The position numbers and the translations under genes were made by a program. From positions 9,796,001-9,860,000 of the forward strand of contig CM102289.1 of NCBI GenBank assembly GCA_046563655.1: DNA of 64,000 nt. Reading direction: 5' to 3'. Below are positions 12,001 through 24,000 of this stretch, piece by piece. Position 1 is the first letter of the stretch. Each line of letters opens with the position of its first letter. Source of the stretch: Yuukianura sp. NJ FZ-2021 (Eukaryota). The notes beneath the pieces were generated by a model. That model ran no database searches. It was not told the origin of the DNA and saw only the letters and a program-made list of their open reading frames with translations.

Positions 12001-15000
12001 AGTAAGATTTGCTCCTTTCTTTTTGAAAATTGCATTTGAAAAAATGGAAATGGCTAAATAGAAATGAAGTCTGGCTGTTTCTTGTTGCTCCTATCACAAT
12101 ATCTTCAAAATCTGGAGGGCGGAATGGAGAAAGTTCTGTTCGTAATAGGATTTTTAGTAACTCAATTTCAAATAAACCGAGAGAAAGCTTCTTCCCGCTC
12201 TTCGTCTGAAGTTGAACGAACCCGCTACTTTTTAGAAAACGGGAGAGGATGCGGATAATTTTATCGAAACAGAGAATGCGCGTATGTGTGCGTGCCTCAA
12301 GGCGGAAATCAAACAAAAACAGAAGCCCCAACTTTATTTTTCCCACCAATTTTACGCTATGTTTCCCTTTAAAAAAACTTTTTCGGAAAAAAAAAAGTTG
12401 TTGAATCGTGCGAAGTTTTTTTAAACCACTATTTTCTCACCCACTTTCTCTCTTTTGTCTTTGATCAAAAATAATCAACTCAAGCCTGTCATTTCCTTTT
12501 TCAACTAAAAATTTCACACTTTGATGACAATTTCAAAATTTTCAAAAACGGCTCCAAAAAAATTTGTTTTGACAAAGTATTTTTATTTGCTTCGGTTCCA
12601 ATTTGTCTAAAATTTTGCAACAAGTGACTAATTACAGCTTCTCAAGATTTTAATATTTGTGAATTTTTTTTTTGAAAATTGTAAAGTTATCCTTGACCTA
12701 ATTACAATTTTTTGCTGCTTTTTTTATGCAAAAAGTTGTGCCAAAAATCGACTTATCGACCTGCGACTTCTTTTGTGTTATGCAGATGAATGGAAATGAA
12801 GTGAGGAACTTCAGTTTGGGCGAAATGCGAAACAGTCTCGTGTCGTACGAAAACAGCCCGTCTTCAGATGCACTCCACCGTGACAGCTTCCGGTTCCAAG
12901 CTGTCGTGTCAACGAACAAGGCCACTGCAGAATCCGAACCAACAGAGTTTGAAATTGCTCTGTATCCAGAAGTCTATTGGACGCCACTTAGCGTAAGTCT
13001 TCTCATCTCTTAATCTTCAACCGAAAAACTAAAAAAATGTAACGAACTTAATTTTTGATTAGGTCGGTGCCAATTGGAGTGTGGTTGTTCGCGAAAACAG
13101 TTCTGCCATAATTTCCCAGCGGTCGCTGTCCATCTCTAACACATTGATTCCTGCGAGTGACATGGTCTACACCCTCACGCGTCCACCGAGACATGGCTAC
13201 TTGGCCATCGACGCCCCACTGTCACAACATGGTCAGTCACGCGTCAATTCCAGCGTCTTTTCTCATTTTTAGGTCATTTCCAGCGTCCTTTCCAATTTTT
13301 AGGTCATTTCCAGCGTATTTTCCAATTTTTAGCCTAATTTTTTTTATCCTGAACGCTGTTTCAGCTTCGCAACTTTCTCTTGAAAGCCTAACTTTCTCCT
13401 GTTAGGCTTATTTCCCGGTTTTGGGCTAACATTTCCCTGTTAGAGAATTTTCGGGGTTATCTTTGGGACTAAAATTTGTTTTGGGCGAGAGGCGTGTCAT
13501 TTCGTTTAATCGCTTAAACAAAGTCAAAAGCTCAAGGCTAACTTTCTCTTTTCTCTTGATAGGTTCCACTTTTGTGCCTAGTTGTTTACTGTCCCTAATT
13601 TAGACGTGATGATAACGCAAACTGGAGGATTGAAGTTTCAGCTGAACTTAAACTAACATGGCCTAACCTTAATCCAACTTTTTATTTTTTAGAAGAAGCT
13701 CCACTCGGATCCACTTACGACGTGACAACTTGGACTCAAGAGCTGATTGACGAAGGGCGTCTGCGCTATGTCCAATCAGAGCCGTCCAGAACACATGACT
13801 CAATGACCTTTGATGTGACCAATGGGGTCAACACACTGCACAACTTAAAACTGGACTTCACTGTCATTCCAACAACGCTACTCTTAGCATCTACTCCACT
13901 TTTAGTCAATGAAGGTAAATTAAAAAGATTTTGTAAGATTTAGAAATTGAAATTTCTGAAACTGAAAATCTCTGAACACGATTTGGGTTAAAGCCGAAAG
14001 TTTTTTTTAGTCTATTTTTGTTGGTAAATCTTGAAAGTTTAGTTTAAAGTTGGGTGGAATGTGGAGCCACATGGGGAAAATGATGATGAAAATGGATTTT
14101 GGGATGCTTTTAAGGCAGACTTGAGTTTATGACTGAAGGATTCATCATCCATCATCTCAACTTTCCTTTCACATAAATTTCCTTTTTTCCTTCCCGCTTT
14201 CCTTGTGTAAAGTGAGTTGTTTTTCCTTTTTTCCTGGTTAAATTTGGCGGTGAAAACCAAAGGAAACAACTTTCTCCTGTTTCCTCATCATAATTCTCCA
14301 TTAAAACAGACTTCCATCTTACTAAAACACAAAAAATTCGAAACGGTGAAACAAAAATGTGAAATGGTGAAAAAGATATTTAATGGTGAAAATTTTGGCA
14401 AAACTTCTAGAAAACTTATTTCACCAAACCAGAATCTACTTTTACTTTTTATCTTACTCTTGACTTATAGTTTGATTTTTTTTTGATTTCCAGGGAGTTC
14501 TGCAATTTTGAATTTGACACATCTTCACGCCGCTCAGAATTATTTCTTAGACAAGTTAGGTGAAGTGCGAATCACGACTGGACCAAGGCATGGGTCCCTT
14601 GGAATGATCTCAAGGCCCAAGGGCCCCCTCCACACTTTCCCTTACAGGGCCCTTCAGGACGGGAAAATCGTCTATGTCCATGATGGGTCAGAGACTACAA
14701 GTGACCAATTTGAAGTTGTGGCGCAGACTGTACAGCAAAGTGAGGGAGAGGTCAAAGAGGCCATTCGCATTAGTGCGGCGCACACTGTGCTGATTCAAGT
14801 AATTCCAGCAAATGACGAAGTTCCGCGTGTGGTCAACAACACTGGGACGTGGGTGTGGGCAGGATCAACGACACTCATCACAAACAACGAACTCGGTAAT
14901 GCCAAAAGCGACTCTAATTTGAAACATTTTTAGAAAAGAGCGCCAAATTAGACATAATTTGATTTTGGAGTAAGAGAAAGTTTTTGGTTTGTCGTTGAGG

Positions 15001-18000
15001 TCTAAAGTGCTACTAGCCAAATTTCAAAATTTGATTAGAGCATTTGAAAAAAGGAATTTTGAAATCCTGTTCTAAACATTCCACTTTCGCTGTTTGAACT
15101 GAAAGTGTAGAGTTTTGAATTCCATTTGGAGAGATAATGGAAATGAATGCGGAGATCCTGGAAAACGACACTGCGGAGAAAGGAGGTTTTTGGAACAAAG
15201 TAAACATTATGATGGAACTGCATTTCAAAGTTCAGAAATGTCAAAGTTCACTTAACACACACAAAGTTGAAGCTACTCTTTGAAATTATTTTTTCAACGT
15301 GAGTTTCAATTTTTGCAAGGTAAAGTACAATTTCACAACTTGGAAGTCGGCCAGCCCCCTGCGTTCAGCCCCCTTAGCAACCAACGCCAGCTTTTGTTAG
15401 TGACGTCACTCGTTGAAAAATACCGGAATTCGGGGAATAATGATGGTATCCCATAGAAACCCATATATTGTTTGATGTGTAGATACGCGCCTCGGATAAT
15501 AAGCTTACGATTACGGTATTTTTCAACGAGTGACGTCATAAAAAAATGCCGTGGTAACCTAACAAATTTTCTGTTCGCACTACCTGCAGTATTCTATTTA
15601 CCTTGGAAGTCGGCAGTTTAAAAAGAATTAATTTTTTCTTAACTTATTGAGAAAACTAGTATAGAGATATAATTCACTGAATTTTACTTCTGTTTGTTTC
15701 ATGATTTTTGTAACTTTTGACTAAATTTCCGGTTTTTTTTTTAGCCGCTACAGATGAGGATTCAGATGAAACCAACTTGGTTTTCTACGTAGTTGGCACG
15801 AAAGCAGGTTTTCCTGCGTTGGCTGATCAGGCAGAGACTCCGCTTCACAACTTTACGCAAGAAATGATTAATGCTTCACGAGTCATCTTTAATCATAAAG
15901 GTAAAAGTTAATTGAGTGGAAATCATTTTCCACTTTTCATCAAAAACTTAACGCACAAGAGCACAATCTTCATAAATAAACTCAAACTTGGCTAATTTTT
16001 ACAAAAAAGTGAAAAATTGCATCCAATTTTCACCCTAAAGTTTATATTTTACAAATTGGATGTTATTGAGTTGTGTGAATTAAAATACGAGTTTTTTTAA
16101 CTTTTAAATTTTAATTTCACTTTTTGTGTGTGTTTTTAGGGGAAGACTTGAAAGGAGCTTCATTTGACTTCGAAGTTTCTGATGGGCTCAACGAAGCAAA
16201 TAAGGAGACTTTCAAAATTTCCATTCGGAAGCCGGAATTGGTTGAATACGAAGGGCGCGTTCCGCTCTCCGTCTTCCCGCTCACTCAGGCTCCATTAAAA
16301 CCAGAAAATTTATTAGTGCGTAGCTCTGATGGGCGGGAAATCAACTTTAAGGTTTCAAAGAAAACTTTTTAAAACTTTCACTCTTTCCCGCACTTTCCTC
16401 ATTCACGAAATTTCAAGAGTCAAAACCCAAACACTTTCAAAATCAAGAGAAAACGGGCTTTAAAATCCAAAAGCCAACCGAGCAAAGTTCCAACCACCAC
16501 CATTTACCGCACACATAATTTCATATTTTCTCATTTTGAAAGCCAGGGCTGTGATTAGCATTGGGTTTCTACAGAAACTCTCTCTCTCTTCTCTTTTTTG
16601 AATCCATTCAAATTCAAAATTCCCATCGCCACCATTCTCGCATTGCCCCAAATGTTTTGGCACATTTCCCTTTTGTTTGAATTTTGAAAGTGATGAGAGG
16701 AGAGCAGCGGGGAGTTCAAATCTCGCGCCTTCGCCTTTCACTTTCAGCAGTGCAAACTTTCTCCGCTTTTGTTTAGCCCCACTTTCACTTCAAACCTTTT
16801 AAAAAACGCGGAACAGTGTAACCTGCATTTCCTTTTCCAAAAAAGTATTCAAATTTTAACAAAAAGTTAAAATAGAAATTTTTTGAATGGGTCCCACATT
16901 TCAGTTTTTGTATCAAAGAAGTTGAAACTCAATAGAGCTCGTACCACAACCAAAAAATTCTTTAGGAAATTTTTAAAATTTGCGAAATTTATGCAATTTT
17001 AATTTGCATTTTGGACTCGAAGGTGTGAAAATTCTTTTTCTTAAAGTTTGTAAAACTAAAGTTAATTTCTTGGTTTGTTTCAAGTACAGTTAAGACTAAA
17101 AAGCCATGTGCAACTAATTCCGAATGATTTAATGAAAGTGGGATCAAATGGCACGAAGGACCGAAAATTCTAAATTCGTCTGGAAAGGAGAAGCGAAGTG
17201 CGCAGCATAGCCCACTTTACACTTTAAGTCTAATTTATGACACCGTAAGGCTTAGCCTTACTTCAACCCAACACTTTTCCCGCTCTTCTCAACTTTAAAC
17301 CCTCAGAAACACGCGCTTTCTCCAAAACTCCTGCTTTCTCTCCTGGATTTTCAAAACTCTTGATTTGCCCGGGGTCATATCGTTTGGCTTCCGCTTGGTT
17401 TCTTACGGAAGTCAAAGCATTTGACCTCTTCCTTGGCACTTTTTGAAATCCTGCCGCTCGTTAGCGTTTTTCAGACTTTTCAGAGGAATCGTCTTATCCT
17501 TAACTTTCTCCGTTTCAGACAAGCAGTGGGCCAGGAATTGGGCAACTATTGATTGAACGAGCGGAAAACAAGTTTGCTCCTGTCGCCATCTTCACACAAA
17601 CAGGTTTGTTTTAAAAACTACTTTTTAGAACAAAGTTTTCTAAAACTTGTGTTTCCTAAAACTTGTTTTTTTTGAAAACAGACGTGAACAACGGGAGGAT
17701 ATTTTATCAACACCTCAAGCCCTTCCGGGGTCAGAGAGCCAACGACTCTATTCGGTTTACAGCCACTTCGCGGTAAGTTTCTGCCCAAACAAAGTTCTAC
17801 TTTCACCAAATTCCAACAAAACTTGAACTTTTCAATTCCTGTCAAAATAGGCTTTGAAACACCAAAAGTTTTTGAAGTTGTTTAAATGAGGAAAGACTTT
17901 AGGCTTAACTTAATCTCCCTTAACTACTTTCCTATAACTCGGTTTAAAGTAAATGAGTTTCTGAGCCACTTTTACTCCAAACATAAAACCAAATCCACAA

Positions 18001-21000
18001 ATGTTTCTCTTTTTTCAGAAACATTTTGTGGTTTCCCAAAAGTGCAAAGAATTCTGAGTGTTTCTGGGCAGTGAAAAGAAAAGAAATAAATTCACACTTT
18101 CAGTGGCGACTGGCACACAGATTGCAGTTTCCATTTTGGAAAGTGAAAGTGATAACTTCACTTAACGGTAAATAACTGACATACAAAAAAGAAAATTTCC
18201 CGCCAGAAATCAAATTATACTGCAAAGTGAGTTTGAGATGGAAACCCATGTACTATGTGCAGATACACATCAAGCACATTCTGAAAGTCAGCGTGTGTTT
18301 TGAACTGTTGAGGCGTGCGCCACTTTATTTCCGTTTTCCCACAAAAGTCGACACACTTTTCTCCGTATGCTTTCCCTCCCAAATAAAAAAAAAACAACTC
18401 CCGCCACAAATGTTCGTAAAAAACATCTCTGGAGAACATATTTATCGGTTTTCGGGAAATTTTGAAGAAAAAGTGGGAGAATTTGGAAAGAATAGTTTAT
18501 GTCGTATTTCCTTTTCTCAGATCTTACTTACTCCAATTTCAGTTTATATTGCACTTTGTACCTGGGAGATATTCCAGAAAGGACTTTCAGTACTTTATGA
18601 TTTCTTGGACTGTGAAAGTACTAGAAAAAGTAAATTTTTGAAAACTTTGGAAGAAAAAGTAGGTCGAGATGGACCAAGACTTGGATCTTGTGTATGATTG
18701 TAACTTAGATTCTGATCTCCATGGATATTTTTTGGGCAGAACCCAATCGGCCTAAGGCAATTCTTTTCGATTTATCGTCTCTTTTCTAAAAAAACTCACT
18801 TTTCTTTCTCTTTCTAAAAAACTCACTTTTCTCTCTTTTTCTAAAAAATTACTTTTTTCTTTTAGATATGCTGATCCGCTGTTCAACATTACAGTGGAAG
18901 TGGACATTTCTGTGAGTGGGGCTGCTCTGGGCGGATTGCAGCGATACGTTGCTATTGAGCCTTTGGTGCTCAAAGAAGGCACGGAAGCGCCCATTACAAA
19001 TCACAACTTGAACCTAACGGCTGTCGTCGATTTCATCACAATCCACCATAGGGGTAAGTTTTTTCAAAATCCAGAAACTAAAAAAAATTTCGACTCTAAA
19101 AAAATTTTGGCTAAACTTTTTTTTTGTAACAAATGCTACTCTTTGACTAATACTTCTTGAATTGGTTGCTTAAACTTCGTAAACTTAGAGTTGTGCTCTG
19201 CATGGAGAAAGTTTTGCTGCAAGAACGAGCCTAATTAGCATAAATTTTTGAAGAAGTGCGTAATTGTCAAGTTTTTTTTTAGCTCTGAGGGAAAGTTTTT
19301 GTTGTAGGAAGTTGGGAAGCGCGGGAAAGTGATTTAGGTGGGCTTATTTTGTGCTAGCAGCGGATGGAATGTGCTTTATTAGTGGTGGAATGAGGTGGTG
19401 AGAAGCAGAAGCGGAAGGAAGTGCAGTCGGTTCACAAAATGACTGTTTTAGACTGCTCGTCTTTTGTCTAAAACCGGCCCGAAGACTGCTTTCTCTGGCG
19501 TATTTTGTGCAAAAACGACTTTCTCCGGCGTCTTTTGAGTGAGGCGTGGAAGGTGTTTAAGTGAAAGTGGCGCATGCAGAATAGAGTGCAGAGACATTGA
19601 TCCAGAAGACGCTTTAAGCGTAAGTCGTAAGCGTAGCTCATCTTCCAAGCACAAACTTAAACTCTGCTCAAAAGTAATTCAGAAGAGGTTTGAGCAGGAG
19701 ATTTCAAAAAAAGAAGGAAACTGTATGCAAATTGAGGCGAATCTTTTACTTTTTGTGGAGAAAGTAAACTTTCACCGGGAAATTCCAAAAAAGTAGAAAG
19801 TCCTTGCTACAAAAAACGGTGCGTAATGGCTGAAAAGATGTCGTCATGTTCCAATATCATCTTCTTAGCTTTATTCTTACGACGTAACGCAGAGTTAGGA
19901 TTTTGATGTCGTTTCATGATTTTGCCACGCTCTGAATGAAATGATGATGTCAAAGAAAGCAACGTCCTTTGAATTGTAATGTCGCAAGAGCAAGAGAGAG
20001 GGAAAAAGAGAAGGAAAGTTCAAAAAAAGTTGACAGTTGACTTGTGTCCGTGATTGCGTCATTGAACAAAACTGAAATTGGAGCCCTCTGAAACACTTTT
20101 TTGAATTTTCCCTCTTTTTTGAAAATCCGTCACTTTTGATTTGAAACTGCTTGAAATTGTCAGTTCTTCTCAAAATTCTGGTCTTTGTATCTTTTTTTTG
20201 AATTTTGAGAAGAGGAAGCTACAAGTGAGGTTCATTTGATATTTGATGTGGAGGTGAAAGGTGAAGGATTTGCGTGGATAAAAAAATTTCTTCCTACGTT
20301 TTTTTTTAAAAAAAAAAGGAAATTGTAGTTGGTGGATGTTGTGATGTGGTTGGAATGAGGAAGGAAGTGGCGGGGTTTTATGAAATATCGCTCTTGTCAC
20401 TCCTAATATTTCAGAATGTCAGTTTGATCGGAGGATGCGTTTCAAAAAGAAGCTTCTCAAAAGGATTACCCGCCTTTTCTTCTTCTTCAAAGTGAATCAC
20501 ATCACAGTGGAGGAGAAAGGGACTTGCTACGACATGATAAAATGTAATAATAAGCAAAAGGAGATTGAAAAGAACAGAAAAGAGCAGGACATTGTACGAG
20601 AGGAAAGCTGTACGTTTTTTTCCGTCCAGAAATGTCACGGAAGGAGAAAGGAAGTGGTGTGGCATGTTATGTGCCAACAGAAAACATTAAGTCTTGGCCG
20701 GATTTTGAGTAATCCGTCTTTCCATTTTCTCAAAATGTGGCACTTGAGGCGAACTGAAGGGAGTAACTATGCCCAAAAACGTAACGTGACTGTAGTTGCT
20801 GCTAAGGTTTTTGCCTTAAGTGAAATAAAATGGCAAAGGACCAAGGAGGAACAGTTTTGAAGTTGGACAGTCTATGCCGGTTGCTTCTTTGCACAGTCTA
20901 TGCCGGTTTCTTACTTGAACAGTCTGCGTCGGTTGCTTCTTTGAGCAGTCTATGCCTTGTGCTTCTTGCGATATCTCCGTTCCACTTGTCACTGCTGACA

Positions 21001-24000
21001 ACTTTTCAGTTTCTTTAATGACAGACGAGCTCCCTTCTTTTATGGATTTGACTTTACTTTTTTTTTAAAAGTATTTGAAGGGAAATGTCACCTTAGGAGG
21101 AAGTTTCCTCTAAAATTCTTTTGTCACTTTGAAAACTTATTAATAGAAAACTTTACAAAATCTGACAGGAGATTTTCAAAAGTTAAAATTTTGAAACATC
21201 TTGATTCATCAGATTTTCAGAAAGTCTGAAATGTTCTTTCTAGAAGGAAATAAAGGCGATTTTGTTCCAAAAAGTTTGGGATTAATCCAACTTTTAGTAG
21301 GAGAAGGAAAACAAGATGAGTTTTGATTCTTTTTTGTCATTACTGCACGGATTCTTATGGATTGGTCCAGAAATAGCCGTTCAAGAGTGTCCAGGAATGC
21401 TTTGTGTGTTGTGGTTGACAGGAATATTGAAAATGAGTGAGGTTCTTTTTGAAAACCTTTTTTGAATGTGTGTTGCAGGGAGTTTGTGGCGTGGCGGAAA
21501 TCCGACACTGCGTCTTTTGCTGTCAGAAGTGCCTCGACATGGGTGGGTACTTGAAGGGGAGGGTCTGGATGCCCGGAGACTTCGGCCAGGCGAAGAACTT
21601 TCCTTGCCTCTCCTGTCAACCGGCGGCGGGCTTCGATATGCCCATGACGACTCGGAAACACGCGCAGACGCAATTGGGATCTCACTCTGGTTCTGGACAA
21701 ATGACACGAACAGCTCCACTTGGCTCCTCAACATGACACTGCCCGTGCAGGTCGTTCCGGTCAATGACCAACCGTTCCACACTGTTTCACCCAAGGGCCC
21801 CATTCCAGCAGTAGTCCAGGTAAAACCACCATTCACATTTCACTCATCTCTCCCATTCCAAATTATCGTTATGGATCCATCAATCGGAAAGCTTTTTGCT
21901 TTTTGAATCTTCAATTTTAGCGGGAAATGTTCAGATTTAGAGGAGAATCTTCAATTTTTGCGGAAAATCTACAATTTTACTGAGAAATGATCACATTAGA
22001 GGCCTTTAGCACGCAGACTCTGAGAAAAATCAAATACTTATTCTCTTGTTCAAAGGTTAGGTCAAAAGTTCATCTAATTTCACTTTCTACTTCAAAATTC
22101 GTTCAAAATTGGACTCTGTTTCAAAATTTATTCAAAATTGAACTTTTGCTAAAAGTGTTTTGTCAAGTAGTAGCTCAAATGCCGGCGCCAGTTTTCGAAA
22201 AAGTTGAATTTTGAAATTGGAAAGTAAGAAAATAGAGAAGAGAGGGGCGGTGTGGAAGTTTTTTCTCGCTGTAAATTTCTTTTTGCAAAGTTTAGACAAT
22301 GAAGAAAGTAAAAAGAAAGTTGGGAATTGTTGGGAACTGTGAAAAGTCTTAAATCCTTCAGAGGAAGACGAACGACTTTTGAGTGTTGTACAATTCAAAG
22401 AGGTTCCTTGCTCTGTTTCTGTTTATTTGGTTATACGACACACTCCCCTCACTGAACTTTCTCCCATGCTCCACTGTGCTTTATTGACTTCTTTTTCTTG
22501 TGTAGGAACACTGGAGAAAATTAAGTCGGAATGATTTACTTACTTCAGACCCAGACACTCCCTCTGCTCATATCGTGTACACCGTGTCCAGAGTGTCACA
22601 TGGACGATTTGTTATGCTCGAACAAGACAAACTGCCAAATGTCACGATGGACAACCGGGAAGAGGAACTTGTCAAAGATCTGCCCATGGTCACACGTTTC
22701 ACGCAGGTAAATTGTTCTGATTGATCTTCAATAAAAAAAAATTGCACAAAAATTATCTTCATGACAAAAAATTTTCTCTTCGGAAAAAGCAAAAAATTTT
22801 CTGAGTGGTCTTAACAAAAAAAATCAGAAAAATTGTTTTCTCAGGAGAAATTTTTTTTCTCAAAGAATGATTTCCTGGAGAAAGCAATTTTTGTGTGTAA
22901 ATCTTCAGGTTGAGTAATTAAAATGAAGAAATTTTGGCAGGAAACTGACGAAATGGAGAAAATTGGAATTGGTGACACATGGAGCTAACTTTCTCTTTTG
23001 AAAAATCAATTACAGGCTGACGTGGACTTGGAGCGTGTGATTTTTTGTCATTCCGGTCCACTGTCTCCCGTTGTGATTGCCCTTGGGGTGACGGATGGTC
23101 AGTTTCCAGTGGCTGCCATCAGTCTAACAATTCCTGTCCAGCCACTCACTTTGGTCGCTTCTCAATCCAGTCCAATCAGAATCACTCAGGGCAACAGTGT
23201 CATGACTCTCTCACTCATCAACTTACCAGCCAACACAAATGGCCATTTAATTCGTCTCACCTACAACATCACACGTCTTCCGCTCCACGGAAAACTCCTT
23301 CTCAGAGATCGAATCTCAATTCAGCCAGCATCCAGCATCCCGCCAAATTCAAAAGGAAGTTTCGCCGCCTTTTCACACTACGATCTCCTCCGTGGAGAAC
23401 TGACATATGTCCAGACTGATCTGTCAGTGGCTAATGACTCCTTCGAAGTCTCGGCTCATTACGTTCTGGACACTCCACCTAATTGGCCATCCGCCAACAA
23501 CCGCCAAATTCCATCCGCCGACAATCGCCTACTTTCATCCGCCGACAAAAAAATTTCTACTTCTTGGCTCGTCAATGTCGTTTCTGTTCCACTTCTCAAA
23601 AGAATCAAAGAAGTTCGATCTTTTGTCAAAGGATTTGCCGTTGGAGGTTTAGTGGCGCCGGACGAATCGGAATTTTCGGCTTCTGCTGGCATGCGCACAA
23701 CTCTAAGTTTGGCTGTTCTTGATGCATCGCCTCTAGCGGCCGTCACTGGAGCAAATCCAACATATGAGATTCTACTTTCACCGAAATATGGCCAACTTTA
23801 CAAAGTTCCTGCTGCGGGTCATGTGGCAAACACTAACATGTTAGGATTTTCTTCCCTGGTGCAACAACCAGACGATGAGTTGAAAATGGAACGAGAAAGA
23901 GATGGCGGGAGAGTTGGCAGAGCTGTTATGGGTCAAACTCAAGGACGAGTCGTGCACCGATTTTCGCATGAAGACGTCCGCCGCTCCCTCATAATTTATG

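Noticed and set aside
18227..20860. Intronic ORFs of 140-156 aa as nested genes
   Set aside because: F/K/L-rich translations typical of AT-rich noncoding DNA, with no recognisable domain.
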